64,000 nucleotides of DNA from an uncultured Dehalococcoidaceae bacterium (GCA_964479165.1 CAYZJO010000001.1:829218-893217), one strand, 5' to 3'. Positions 16,955-26,982 are shown, numbered from the stretch's first letter. Numbers and translations: made by a program. The notes: generated by a model not told the origin, from the letters alone.

Positions 16955-18268
16955 CTAGATCGACAAGGGGTCGTTGACACGTGGCGAGCGCACGGTCGAC
17001 CCGACCGGCAGGCTCGTCTTGTTGCGCAGTTCCTCCGCGACCATCGGCCCGATGACGGTGTTGCGCAGGATCTCGAACCTAGGCGGGATCTGCGCGCGCT
17101 TGCCGATGACGTTCACTCCGCTCCAGATCAGGTCGGGCCGCTCGAGGTTCGGCGTGAAGTCGTCGCCTGTGCCGACGCGGGCGCCCCAGCCGATGGTCAC
17201 CTGCTTGTCGATGATCGATCGCTCGACGATCGCGCCCGACTCCACTCGCACCTCGTTCAGCAGCACGGAGTCGCGCACCACGGCTCCGGCCTCGACGACG
17301 ACGCCCGGCGAAAGCACCGAGTGCTCAACTGTGCCGTGGATGACGCTGCCGCTGCCGACCATCGCCTGGCGCACCTCGGCGGACGGGCCGAAGCGGGCGG
17401 ACGGCAGCTTGTGTCCCCTCGTGAGGATGCGCCGCCCGGGCTGGTTGAAATCGAGCGGGGGCGGGTCGTCGAGGAGTTCCATGCTGGAGGCCCAGTACGC
17501 CTCAACCGTTCCGATGTCGCGCCAGTAGCCCTCGAAGGGGAATCCGTACACCCGCGCGTCCTCAGTGATCGCGCGCTGGAGCACGTCGTGGCCGAAGTCG
17601 TGGCCGCTGCGTTCGTCCTCGGCGTCCGCGATCAGGATGTCGACGAGGAAGCCCGCCTTGAAGGCGTAGAAGCCCATCGAGGCACGCGTGCTCGTCGGAT
17701 GTTCGGGCTTCTCGACGAAGGCGCGGACGCGGTCGTCCGCGTCCAACGTGACGAGTCCGAAGCGCGAGGCGTCCTCGAGCGGCACGTCCGTCACGCCCAG
17801 CGTGACATCGGCGTCGCGCTCCCGGTGGAAGTCGAGCATCGGACGGTAGTCGGTGGCGTAGACGTGATCACCCGCGAGTACGAGGACGGTGTCCGCGTTG
17901 TAGTCCCGCAGCGCGAACAGGTTCTGGTAGACCGCGTCCGCGGTCCCGGTGTACCAGTCCCACTCGGTGCCGCGCCGCTGGTACGGCTGGAGGATCGAGA
18001 CGCCATCGGGTGCATCGCGATCGAGGCCCCACGGCCCGCCGCCCGCGATGTGCTCGTTGAGCGAGCGGGGGAGGTACTGCGTGAGCACGCCCACTCGTGT
18101 GATGCCAGAGTTGGCGCAGTTGCTCAGGACGAAGTCGATGATGCGGTACGAGCCGCCGAACGGCACCGCGGGCTTAGCCCGCTGTTCGGAGAGGACACTG
18201 AGGCGGTCGCCCATGCCGCCGGCCATGATGAAGGCAATCACGCGGGAGGGCATACGCGATGTCGCCAC
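16955..18268 (-). CDS. glgC: glucose-1-phosphate adenylyltransferase
   Basis: IMAGGMGDRLSVLSEQRAKPAVPFGGSYRIIDFVLSNCANSGI canonical GlgC N-terminus, plus the left-handed beta-helix C-terminus. Confidence 0.9.
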   Translation of the reverse strand: MATSRMPSRVIAFIMAGGMGDRLSVLSEQRAKPAVPFGGSYRIIDFVLSNCANSGITRVGVLTQYLPRSLNEHIAGGGPWGLDRDAPDGVSILQPYQRRGTEWDWYTGTADAVYQNLFALRDYNADTVLVLAGDHVYATDYRPMLDFHRERDADVTLGVTDVPLEDASRFGLVTLDADDRVRAFVEKPEHPTSTRASMGFYAFKAGFLVDILIADAEDERSGHDFGHDVLQRAITEDARVYGFPFEGYWRDIGTVEAYWASSMELLDDPPPLDFNQPGRRILTRGHKLPSARFGPSAEVRQAMVGSGSVIHGTVEHSVLSPGVVVEAGAVVRDSVLLNEVRVESGAIVERSIIDKQVTIGWGARVGTGDDFTPNLERPDLIWSGVNVIGKRAQIPPRFEILRNTVIGPMVAEELRNKTSLPVGSTVRSPRVNDPLSI

Positions 18269-18447
18269 GGGTGGCCCCCTCGTCGCCGGACTCGCTACGT
18301 CGCGTTCACTCGCGACTCACATTAGCAATCGCCGTCAAAGCACGCGCGAGATTGCGCGTGAGGTGCGCGGCCTACGCCGCCGCCGTGACCGGTCGAGGAC
18401 ACCGCCGCTAACCTGTGACAGAGCAATGAGGAGCGGATGGAGCGAGC

Positions 18448-19365
18448 GTGACGAATGCGACCGGGCGCGGCGCCGCCGTCGTGGACCTCGGAGGGACGCG
18501 GCTGCGAGTCGCCGTCTTCGCCGACGACGGGACCGCGCGCGCGCGTCACGTCGAACTCACACCCGATGGCGATCCTACGGCGTTGGTGCGGGCCATTCGC
18601 CAGACCATCGAGGCGGCGGACGTGACGGTCGAGGGCGCGGTCGTCGGCGTTCCGGGCCCTGTGTCCTACATCGACGGTCGCCCCTACCGGCTGCCGAACC
18701 TACCGGCGTGGGAGGGACACTTGTCAGCGCAGGGTCTCGCGACGCTCCTCGGGCTGCCCGTCGTCCTGGCCAACGATGTCGACCTCGGCGCGCTCGGCGA
18801 GCACCACTTCGGTGCCGGGCGCGGCGTCGAGGACCTCGTCTACGTCACATCCGGAACAGGCGTGGGGGGCGGCGTTGTCCTCGGCGGACGGTTGGTCCAC
18901 GGGCGACGCTCGATCGCCGAGATCGGGTGGACCACGATCGATCTCAACGGCCCGGAGGGAGAGCGTCGTGTCGAGGAACTCGGGTCGGGTTCGGCGCTCG
19001 AGCGATTCGGCGGCGACGATGGCGTCAATCTCACGGGGCGCGCCCGTGCCGGGGATCCCGAGGCGCTCGCGGCGTTCGAGCGAGTCGCGAAGTCCCTGGC
19101 CGTGGGCGTGATGAATCTCGTCTTCTGCTTTATGCCGCAGCGGGTCGTGATCGGTGGCGGTGTCGCCCAGGCTGGTGAGCTGCTGCTCGGGCCGATCCGC
19201 GACTACCTCGCGCGCGAGGGGCCGGTCATGTCGTCGATCCCCGAGGTGGTGGCTTCCGAGGGAGGCGACGACTCGGGGCTGCTCGGCGGGCTCGCGCTCT
19301 GGCTGGACCTCGCCTCGGACGGTGCATCGCTCGGACGCACGTCGCTCCCGATCGCCCGGCCATGA
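18448..19365 (+). CDS. ROK-family glucokinase
   Basis: GTG start. AVVDLGGTRLRVA ATPase motif. ROK signature region with conserved His/Gly. Confidence 0.8.
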   Translation: MTNATGRGAAVVDLGGTRLRVAVFADDGTARARHVELTPDGDPTALVRAIRQTIEAADVTVEGAVVGVPGPVSYIDGRPYRLPNLPAWEGHLSAQGLATLLGLPVVLANDVDLGALGEHHFGAGRGVEDLVYVTSGTGVGGGVVLGGRLVHGRRSIAEIGWTTIDLNGPEGERRVEELGSGSALERFGGDDGVNLTGRARAGDPEALAAFERVAKSLAVGVMNLVFCFMPQRVVIGGGVAQAGELLLGPIRDYLAREGPVMSSIPEVVASEGGDDSGLLGGLALWLDLASDGASLGRTSLPIARP

Positions 19366-20303
19366 CGGTGCAGCCGCAACGGAGCTCGCTGCTCATCGTC
19401 CGCAACCCGCGCGCGAGGCGGTCGCTGGACGAGTGGGAGCTGCGAGTCGCCGCCGCGCCCCTGCGCGACAGCGGTTGGACGGTGGACATCGAGACGACAT
19501 CAGCGCCCGGCGACGCGACACGGATCGCGGGCGAGGCCGCGAGCGCGGGGATCGGTGTCGTGGTCGCGTGCGGCGGTGATGGTACCGTTCGGGAGGTCGC
19601 GAACGGCCTCGCCGGGAGCGACGCCGCGCTCGGGGTCATCCCCGCCGGTACGGCGAACGTCTGGGCCCGCGAGGCCCGCCTGCCGAGCCACCCGGAAGTC
19701 GCCCTCAGGCTGCTCACCCGCCTCCGTGCCGTGCGCATCGACACTGGCATCGTGAACGGCCAGCACTTCCTGCTGATGTGCAGCGTGGGGTTCGACGCCG
19801 CCACGGTGCGCGCCCTCGACGCCTCCCGATCGAAGCGCGTGTTCGGCAGGTACGCGTTTGCGCTGAAGGGCGCGTTCGAGGCAGTCACCACCGATGCGAT
19901 CGCGGCACAGATCACCGTCGGTGACCGTACGCTCGAGCGCGACCTACTCATGGCGGTCGCCGGTAACACGAGGTTGTACGGCGGCGTGCTCCACCTGACG
20001 CGCCACGCGCGCGCGGACGACGGGTTGCTCGACCTCGCCCTCTTCTCCGGCGGCGCTATCCGCCGGCGACTGGCCCTGACTGCTCGGGCGCTCCGAGGGC
20101 AACTGGAGCGCGACGCGACTCACGGCGCCGCGGGCCTCGATTACCTCCGGGCTGCGGCCATCCGCATTGAGACGGCTCGCGCGATGCCAGTGCAGGCAGA
20201 CGGCGACTACGTCGGTGAGACGCCGATCGATCTCGGGCTGGCGCGTGGTTCGCTGCTCGCACTGATCGCGCCCCAACCGAACCCTCTGCTGGGCGAAGCC
20301 TGA
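19362..20303 (+). CDS. diacylglycerol-kinase-family lipid kinase (YegS/BmrU-like)
   Basis: ATGA overlap with glk. GGDGT motif (VVACGGDGTVREVANGL). Confidence 0.85.
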   Translation: MTVQPQRSSLLIVRNPRARRSLDEWELRVAAAPLRDSGWTVDIETTSAPGDATRIAGEAASAGIGVVVACGGDGTVREVANGLAGSDAALGVIPAGTANVWAREARLPSHPEVALRLLTRLRAVRIDTGIVNGQHFLLMCSVGFDAATVRALDASRSKRVFGRYAFALKGAFEAVTTDAIAAQITVGDRTLERDLLMAVAGNTRLYGGVLHLTRHARADDGLLDLALFSGGAIRRRLALTARALRGQLERDATHGAAGLDYLRAAAIRIETARAMPVQADGDYVGETPIDLGLARGSLLALIAPQPNPLLGEA

Positions 20304-20313
20304 CCGGGCGAGG

Positions 20314-20964
20314 CTATCCGCGGTTGCCCGCGGCAGCGCGGTCGACCACCAGCACGACGCGACCAGCCCGCACGAGCGTCGCGGGGATCGACTCGTCGCC
20401 GTCCAACAACTGCCTGACGGCTTCGCGCTTGTCCTCGCCGGTGACGAGGAAGAGGGCGACACGCGCCGCCGTGAGCACGGGCAGCGTGAGGGTGAGACGC
20501 GGATGGTCGGGCCGCTCGACGCGCAGCACGAGCCGCTCGCGCTCCTCGAGGGCTGGGTCACCCGGGAAGAGGGAGGCTGTGTGCCCGTCGCCGCCCATGC
20601 CGAGGAGCGCCAAGTCGAGGACGGGCGTCGCTCCGAGGCGCTCACGCACTATGGACTCGTAGGCCTCGGCGTTGCAGTCCTCGCCGCGCATGCGGTGGAC
20701 GCGAGCGGGCACGCGCGACAGTAGCGACTCGTGAGCCAGGCGGTAGTTCGAGTCCACATGGTCGGGCGGCACGCAGCGCTCGTCCGCGAAGAACACATCG
20801 ATGTCACTCCAGTTGAAGTCGACCGTCGCCATTTGGGCGTGGAGGTCCTGCGGGGTGCGCCCGCCGGAAAGCGCGAGCGTGCGGGGGCGGAGCGCACGCA
20901 CCACCTCGAGCGCGAGGGCGGTCGCCTCCTCGGGGTTGGCTCCCACACGCAGTTCGATCGCCAC
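20314..20964 (-). CDS. pgl: 6-phosphogluconolactonase
   Basis: GTG start. LSGGRTP and GMGGDGHTASLFPG motifs. Confidence 0.85.
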   Translation of the reverse strand: MAIELRVGANPEEATALALEVVRALRPRTLALSGGRTPQDLHAQMATVDFNWSDIDVFFADERCVPPDHVDSNYRLAHESLLSRVPARVHRMRGEDCNAEAYESIVRERLGATPVLDLALLGMGGDGHTASLFPGDPALEERERLVLRVERPDHPRLTLTLPVLTAARVALFLVTGEDKREAVRQLLDGDESIPATLVRAGRVVLVVDRAAAGNRG

Positions 20965-20978
20965 TGGTCAGTCCGTCT

Positions 20979-22454
20979 CTAGTCGATCCTCCAGCGATGC
21001 GGCGCGATGAGCTCGTCCGCGGCCGGGGGACCCCAGGTGCCGGCGGCGTAGGGCACCACCGGCGGCATGTCGTGGAGCACCGGCTCGAGCACCTCCCAGG
21101 AACGGTCGACGATGTCGGACCTCAGGAAGAGCATGGCATCTCCGTCCATCGCGTCGTAGAGGAGGCGTTCGTACGCCTCGGCGGGCTCGGTCATGAACGA
21201 CTCGCTATAGCGGAAGTTCATGCGGACCGGTTGCAGCGTGATCTCGGGACCAGGCGCCTTTGCCATGAAGGTGAACGAGATACCGTCGTCCGGCTGAATG
21301 CGGATGGTGAGGCGATTCGGCCGCACCTCCTCCGGAGCGATGCCGACAGCCTCGAAGAGCCGCACGGGCACGTCGCGGAAGACCACCTGCACTTCGGTAA
21401 CGCGCCGGCGCAGCCGCTTGCCCGTCCGGAGGAAGAACGGGACGCCGGCCCAGCGCCAGTTGTCGATCTCGGCGCGCAGGGCCACGTACGTCTCGGTTTG
21501 TGACCCGGGCGTCACCCCTTCTTCCTCACGGTAGCCCGGCACGGGAACGCCGAGGAGACTGCCGCCCTCGTACTGCCCGCGCACCACGTCGGCGGGCTTT
21601 ACTGGCTGCATCGACATCAGGACCTTGATCGTCTCGTCGCGGATTCCGTTCATGTCGAATGCAGCCGGCGGCTCCATCGTCAGGAGGGATAGCACCTGCA
21701 TCGCGTGGTTCTGGATGATGTCGCGGAGCGCCCCTACCTCTTCGTAGAAGGCCCCACGACCCTCGACGCCCAGCGACTCGGCAACCGTGATCTGCACGTG
21801 GTCGATGGCGTCGCGGTTCCACACCCGCTCCCAGAGGGCGTTTCCGAACCGGAACACGAGGATGTTCTGGACGGTTTCCTTCCCCATGTAGTGGTCGATG
21901 CGGAAGATCTGCGACTCGCGGAAATCGCGGTGGAGCGTCTCATCGAGCTCGCGCGCCGACTTCAGGTCGAAGCCGAACGGCTTCTCGACGACGAGGCGGG
22001 TGCCCTGTGCGAGTCCCGTCGAAGCGATCTCCTCGACCGTTGGGGGGACCGCCGAAGGGGGTGTGGCGAGGAACACGATGCGCTGCGGGAGCGTGGCCTT
22101 GCGTGCCACTGCCGCGAAGCCGCCTTCCGACCTCGAGATGTAGGTCAGCCGGTGCTGGAGGTCGGCCCAGGCTTCGTCGTACAGCGGCCGCCGAGCAAAC
22201 GTGGCGATCGACTCGATGGCGAGCGAGCGAAAGGTCTCGTCGTCACCCTCGCTGCGCGCGTAGCCGATGATCTGTCCGCGGTTTGGGAGGAGGCCGTCGA
22301 GGTACAGATCGTAGATCGCGGGGATCAGCTTGCGACGCGCGAGATCGCCCGTCGCCCCGACGAGCACGATGTCCTGATCAGGTGGGGGCTGGAGCGTGTA
22401 GGCAGCACGTCCGCCGCCGCCCTCATTGTTGCCTGCCACCGGAGGTCCGGTCAT
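20979..22454 (-). CDS. zwf: glucose-6-phosphate 1-dehydrogenase
   Basis: GATGDLARRKL NADP-binding motif, RIDHYMGKE active-site motif, EKPFG. Confidence 0.92.
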   Translation of the reverse strand: MTGPPVAGNNEGGGGRAAYTLQPPPDQDIVLVGATGDLARRKLIPAIYDLYLDGLLPNRGQIIGYARSEGDDETFRSLAIESIATFARRPLYDEAWADLQHRLTYISRSEGGFAAVARKATLPQRIVFLATPPSAVPPTVEEIASTGLAQGTRLVVEKPFGFDLKSARELDETLHRDFRESQIFRIDHYMGKETVQNILVFRFGNALWERVWNRDAIDHVQITVAESLGVEGRGAFYEEVGALRDIIQNHAMQVLSLLTMEPPAAFDMNGIRDETIKVLMSMQPVKPADVVRGQYEGGSLLGVPVPGYREEEGVTPGSQTETYVALRAEIDNWRWAGVPFFLRTGKRLRRRVTEVQVVFRDVPVRLFEAVGIAPEEVRPNRLTIRIQPDDGISFTFMAKAPGPEITLQPVRMNFRYSESFMTEPAEAYERLLYDAMDGDAMLFLRSDIVDRSWEVLEPVLHDMPPVVPYAAGTWGPPAADELIAPHRWRID

Positions 22455-23323
22455 CAGCTCTCCCGGACGGCATGGCCGCCAAACTCGTTGCGCAGCGCCG
22501 CGATCAGACGCAGGCCGAAGGCGTTCGGGTCGCGCGACGCGAAGCGGGCGAAGACGGACTGGGCGATGACGCCGGCGGGTACCCCGCGGTCGATCGCCTC
22601 CTGCACGGTCCAGCGTCCCTCACCGGAGTCGTCGACGTAGGCGCGCAAGCCCTCGAGCCGCGGGTCCCGCTCGAACGCCCGCTCGGCCAATTCGAGCAAC
22701 CACGAGCGCACGACGCTGCCGTGGTTCCAGAGGCTCGCGATCTGGAGCATGTCGGCCTCGAAGTCCGCGTGCGCGAGGAGATCGAAGCCCTCGGCGTAGG
22801 CCTGGAGCAGGCCGTACTCGATGCCGTTGTGCACCATCTTCGTGTAGTGCCCTGCGCCCACCGGACCGACGTGTGCGTAGCCGCCTTCCTCGACCAGCGA
22901 GTGGAAGATCGGCTCGACGTGCGCCACCGTCTCACGCTCGCCGCCTACCATCAGGCAGAAGCCGGCCTCGAGACCCCAGATCCCACCCGACACGCCCGCG
23001 TCGATGAAGCGGACGCCTTTCGTCGCGAGTTCCTCGGCCTGGCGGATGGAGTCGCGAAAGAAGCTGTTGCCGCCTTCGATGACGATGTCGCCGGCCTCGA
23101 GGAGTGCCTCAAGCGTGTCGATCGTCTGCTGCGTCGGGTCGCCGGCCGGGACCATCACCCAGACGATTCGCGGCTTCTCGAGTCGACCCACGAGAGCCTC
23201 CAGGGAGGGGACATCCGTCAGCGATGGATCGCGGTCGTAGCCGACGACCTCGTGCCCGTCGCGACGCAGGCGCTCTGCGAGCCCGCCGCCCATCCTCCCG
23301 AGGCCGATCATCCCGATCTGCAT
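22454..23323 (-). CDS. gnd: 6-phosphogluconate dehydrogenase, decarboxylating (short YqeC/Gnd-like type)
   Basis: Start MQIGMIGLGRMGGG (Rossmann). The upstream track extension has no RBS. Its stop overlaps the zwf start by 1 nt. Confidence 0.85.
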   Translation of the reverse strand: MQIGMIGLGRMGGGLAERLRRDGHEVVGYDRDPSLTDVPSLEALVGRLEKPRIVWVMVPAGDPTQQTIDTLEALLEAGDIVIEGGNSFFRDSIRQAEELATKGVRFIDAGVSGGIWGLEAGFCLMVGGERETVAHVEPIFHSLVEEGGYAHVGPVGAGHYTKMVHNGIEYGLLQAYAEGFDLLAHADFEADMLQIASLWNHGSVVRSWLLELAERAFERDPRLEGLRAYVDDSGEGRWTVQEAIDRGVPAGVIAQSVFARFASRDPNAFGLRLIAALRNEFGGHAVRES

Positions 23324-23361
23324 CGCGCGACTCCCGCTTCGGCCCGTCCTCGATGTCCCGG

Positions 23362-24948
23362 TCACCACACGCTCAGGCGGTCAAGTTCGTCAGGCGTCAC
23401 GCGCGCCGCACGACGCCCTCGGGCAAGCAGTGCCGCGAGGTCGCCGTCCGCCTGAGCGCGCTTCAGCTGCCCGAACGTGAACGACTGGCCGGGGATCGGC
23501 AGGTCCTCGCCGTCCTCGCCGAGCACTTGTATGAAGACCCCGGAGTCCGGACCGCCCTTGTGCAGTTGTCCGGTGGAATGCAGGAAGCGCGGGCCGTAGC
23601 CCGAGGTGGTCGCGACGCGGAGGCGATCCCTCAGGCGGAGTCGAGCGGCCAGCAGGCGCTCGTCGAGCTCCGGCGTGCGCTGCATGTAGGCCAGGAGCGC
23701 AACGTAGTCGCCCGGCCCTGCTCCCTCGAGCACGGCGTCGAGCGTCGAGGGCGCCAGCGGCTGCCCATGGTCGCTCTCGCCCCGAAGGAAGCGGTTTGCC
23801 GCGTCCTTCGCCTCCTGCACGTTCGGCTGGTCGAATGGGTTGATTCCGAGGACGTAGCCCGCGACGGCCGTGGCGAACTCCCAGCGGAAGAACTCCGTTC
23901 CAAGGGCGTGCGGGTTGTCCTCCATCGCCAGCCGCACGACGGGATGACCAGCGGCCGCAAGTGCGTCGAGCTCCTCGTGCTCTCCGAGGGCCACGAACAG
24001 GCGGTGCTCGGAGTAGACGCCGGGTGTGCCCAGCGGCTCGCCCTCCACCGGGAGGATGCCGAGGTCCTCCTTGCCGGTGGACTCGGCGACCAGCTGTTCA
24101 ATCCAGTAGCCGAGGCTGCGCGTGCCCGGAGGCAGCACCAGCGTGAGCTGGTAGCGACCCGCGAGCGCGGCCTCCCCCAGGACGGCGCCCAGCCACGCTC
24201 CCGGGTTGTCCTCGAGCGGGGCCTCCGGCAGGCACGCCGCGCGCATCTCGCGCGCGTAGCCCAGCAGTCGTTCGAGGTCCGTCCCGAGCAGCGCTGCCTC
24301 CACGAGTCCGAAGTACGAGAGCACGGCGTACCGTCCGCCGATGTTCGGATCGTTGAGGAAGACGCGACGGAAGTGGCGTTCCTCGCCCAGCTTCGCGAGC
24401 GAGGAGCCGGGGTCGGTGATCGCGATGAAGTGTCTACCCTCCGGGACCTGATCCCAGAAGAACGCGAGGTGCGACAGCGTTTCGACGGTCGTCCCGGACT
24501 TACTCGCGACGATGAACACGGTTCGGTCCGTGTTGATGTAGTCGCTCACCGCACGCACGGCAGCGGGGTCGGTCGAGTCAAGCACGTGCAACTCGAGGCC
24601 GTCTGCCCGTGTGCCAAGGACGTCCCGCAGCACCTCCGGACCGAGGCTCGATCCGCCCATCCCGAGCAGGACAGCGGTGGTGAAGCCGTCTCCGATAAGC
24701 TCGTTGGTCATGGACCGCAGCATGTCGACGCGGTGCGTCATCTCCTCGGTCACGTCGAGCCAGCCGAGGCGGTTCGCCAGTTCGGTCGGGTCGGGCTTCC
24801 ACACGGTGTGGTCGCGCGCCCAGATGCGCCGGACGATGTCGTCGCGGCGCATCGCCTCCAGGCGGCCGGCCACCGCCCGCGCAAGATCGCCAAGCGAGGC
24901 GCTCGCCGCGAACTGAGGCGAGACGTCGCCGTCGAGCGCCCGCGTCAC
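23362..24948 (-). CDS. pgi: glucose-6-phosphate isomerase (the type usually found fused or adjacent to transaldolase)
   Basis: GTG start forming a GTGA overlap with the tal stop. SIS-domain blocks (VLLGMGGSSLGPEV, IVASKSGTTVET). The upstream 106-codon extension overlaps tal and is rejected. Confidence 0.85.
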   Translation of the reverse strand: MTRALDGDVSPQFAASASLGDLARAVAGRLEAMRRDDIVRRIWARDHTVWKPDPTELANRLGWLDVTEEMTHRVDMLRSMTNELIGDGFTTAVLLGMGGSSLGPEVLRDVLGTRADGLELHVLDSTDPAAVRAVSDYINTDRTVFIVASKSGTTVETLSHLAFFWDQVPEGRHFIAITDPGSSLAKLGEERHFRRVFLNDPNIGGRYAVLSYFGLVEAALLGTDLERLLGYAREMRAACLPEAPLEDNPGAWLGAVLGEAALAGRYQLTLVLPPGTRSLGYWIEQLVAESTGKEDLGILPVEGEPLGTPGVYSEHRLFVALGEHEELDALAAAGHPVVRLAMEDNPHALGTEFFRWEFATAVAGYVLGINPFDQPNVQEAKDAANRFLRGESDHGQPLAPSTLDAVLEGAGPGDYVALLAYMQRTPELDERLLAARLRLRDRLRVATTSGYGPRFLHSTGQLHKGGPDSGVFIQVLGEDGEDLPIPGQSFTFGQLKRAQADGDLAALLARGRRAARVTPDELDRLSVW

Positions 24949-26045
24949 CCGCGCGCCCCCACGGTGCGCAGCGACTCGCGGAGGTTCGTGAGCAGCCCAT
25001 CGAAGTCCTTCTCGAAGGCCGCGAGCCCGTCGGTAAGCAACTGGTTCGTGACGGCGTCGAGGTCGATGCCGGCCGCCTCCAGCTCGGCAATGCGCTGCGG
25101 CGCCGCCTCGAGGGTTTCGCGGGAAACGGGAGTCGGGTCCCCATGGTCCGCGAAGGCGACCAGCGTCGCTTCTGGGATCGTGTTCACGGTCTGCGGGAGG
25201 ATCAGCTGCTCGACGTACATCACGTCGCGGTACTCGGGGTTCTTCGTGCTTGTGGAGCCCCACAGCGGGCGCTGGACGCGCGCGCCGAGGGCCGCGAGGT
25301 TCTCCCAGCGCTCGCCCGAAAAGATCTGTTCGAAGCGCCGGTAGGCCTCGAGCGCGTTGGCGACCGCCGCGGTGCCTCGCAGCGGCGAGCCATCGGGCAG
25401 TTGCGGATCGACGGCCGTGTCGACACGGGAGACGAAGAACGAGGCCACGCTCGTCACGGCGTCGACCGGGGCCCCGCGCTCAAGGCGCCGGTTGAGTCCG
25501 GTAATGTACGCTTCCGCGAAGCGCTCGTAGACATCGACGGAGAAGAGCAACGTGACGTTCACGTTGACGCCGGCGTCGGTCAGTAGCGCCAGCGCCTCTA
25601 CGCCCGCGTCCGTGCCGGGCACCTTGATCATCACGTTCGGCCGGTCGACCAGATCGGAGAGCCGCTCCGCTTCGGCGACGGCCCGCTCGACGTCATGTTC
25701 GACTCCCGGCGGAAGCTCGAGGGAGACGAAGCCGTCCATCCCGTTCGTCCGTTCCCAGATGGGGCGGAAGGTGTCCGCAGCCGCCGCGATGTCGTCGACG
25801 GCGAGCGAGACGAACGCCTCGTACGGGTCGGTCACACCCTGCGCGGCGAGCGCCCCGAGGTCTGCGTCGTAGTCTTCGGACCCGGTGATCGCCTTCGCAA
25901 AGATCGAGGGGTTCGAGGTAAGCCCGGTGATCCACCCGTCCCGCACGAGTTCCTCGAGTCTCCCCGAGTTGAGAATGTGCCGATCGATGAAGTCCAGCCA
26001 TGGGCTCTGACCCGCCTCGATGAGGCGTGCAATGCGTTCCGGCAC
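24945..26045 (-). CDS. tal: transaldolase
   Basis: GTG start 6 nt after GGAGG (VPERIARLIEAGQSPWLDFI). Conserved Lys region VMIKVPGT. Confidence 0.85.
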   Translation of the reverse strand: MPERIARLIEAGQSPWLDFIDRHILNSGRLEELVRDGWITGLTSNPSIFAKAITGSEDYDADLGALAAQGVTDPYEAFVSLAVDDIAAAADTFRPIWERTNGMDGFVSLELPPGVEHDVERAVAEAERLSDLVDRPNVMIKVPGTDAGVEALALLTDAGVNVNVTLLFSVDVYERFAEAYITGLNRRLERGAPVDAVTSVASFFVSRVDTAVDPQLPDGSPLRGTAAVANALEAYRRFEQIFSGERWENLAALGARVQRPLWGSTSTKNPEYRDVMYVEQLILPQTVNTIPEATLVAFADHGDPTPVSRETLEAAPQRIAELEAAGIDLDAVTNQLLTDGLAAFEKDFDGLLTNLRESLRTVGARG

Positions 26046-26157
26046 GAGGGGCCTCCATCCAGTACGGCGCCCAGCGCGAACTATCGACTCGCATCGCCGG
26101 ACGCCCTGTGCTCTTCCATCGTAGACCGCCGGGCGACTTCGGCACTGCGGAGGATCC

Positions 26158-26982
26158 ATGACATCGCGGTATCATCGGCCCATGCCCCGATTTCCCCGGA
26201 TCCTGCGACAGTCGTGGCGACGTGGTGGGAAGCTCGTACGCTTGCTGCAGGTGCCGAAGTACCGCAACGCGCTGATTCGCCACCGGGTCGCGGCTGCGGT
26301 CGAACTCGCGAACGTGCCGCTTCCCGCCGCTGCCACGGTGCTCGACGTTGGGGGCAACCGGGGGCAGTTCGCGCTCGTCGCGCTCGAGCGGTTCCCCTCG
26401 GCGAGCGTGCACAGTTTCGAACCGTTGCCGCGTGCGTTCTCCCGACTGGAAGCAATCGCTGCCGCCGAGCCTCGACTCCGCGTACACCGCTTCGCGGTGG
26501 GCACGGCGTCCGCGACGGCCACCTTCCACGTCTCCGGCCGTGCCGACTCGTCCTCGCTGCTGCCGATCACGGAGCGGCAGATCGCCTTCGCGCCCGGCTC
26601 GAGCGAACGAGGCCGCATCGAGGTGGAGGTGCGCAGGCTCGATGAGATGGCGGGCACGGCGCTGCTCCGGCCGCTGGTCGTGAAGATCGACGTCCAGGGC
26701 GGCGAACTCGAGGTCCTCAAGGGCGCGACTCGGACGCTCGAGAGCACGGACGTGTTGCTCATCGAGTGCTCGTTCGTCGAACTGTACGACGGGCAGGCGC
26801 TCGCCCACGAGGTGATCGCGTACCTTGCAGACCGCGGCTTTCACCTCGCGGGTGCGCACGACCCGGAGTACGGCCCCGACGGTCGATGCATCCAGGCCGA
26901 CCTGCTCTTCGAGCGCAGCGCATCTGCCGAGGAAGGCGTTATCGTGCCGCACGACGAGGCAGGTGTCGCCACGCCACCATGA
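26158..26982 (+). CDS. FkbM-family SAM-dependent methyltransferase
   Basis: VLDVGGNRGQF...VKIDVQGGELEVL pattern typical of FkbM methyltransferases. An alternative ATG lies at 26182. Confidence 0.75.
   Translation: MTSRYHRPMPRFPRILRQSWRRGGKLVRLLQVPKYRNALIRHRVAAAVELANVPLPAAATVLDVGGNRGQFALVALERFPSASVHSFEPLPRAFSRLEAIAAAEPRLRVHRFAVGTASATATFHVSGRADSSSLLPITERQIAFAPGSSERGRIEVEVRRLDEMAGTALLRPLVVKIDVQGGELEVLKGATRTLESTDVLLIECSFVELYDGQALAHEVIAYLADRGFHLAGAHDPEYGPDGRCIQADLLFERSASAEEGVIVPHDEAGVATPP

Noticed and set aside
16232-18325. 697-aa + strand ORF
   Set aside because: Antisense across otsB and glgC; extreme R/A/D/E/G composition and no motifs.
17949-19178. 409-aa + strand ORF overlapping glk
   Set aside because: It is out of frame with the ROK glucokinase and Arg-rich, typical of high-GC alternative-frame noise.
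24949-25263. 5' extension of pgi and 5' extensions of otsA (to 16581), treS (to 38846), wzy-like (to 28585), MpaB-like (to 11130) and hydrolase (to 10414)
   Set aside because: Each extension runs deep into the upstream gene in another frame and is Arg/Pro-rich. The internal starts coincide with stop-overlap coupling and with conserved N-termini.
23104-25344. 746-aa + strand ORF
   Set aside because: Antisense to pgi and tal, both of which have strong conserved motifs.
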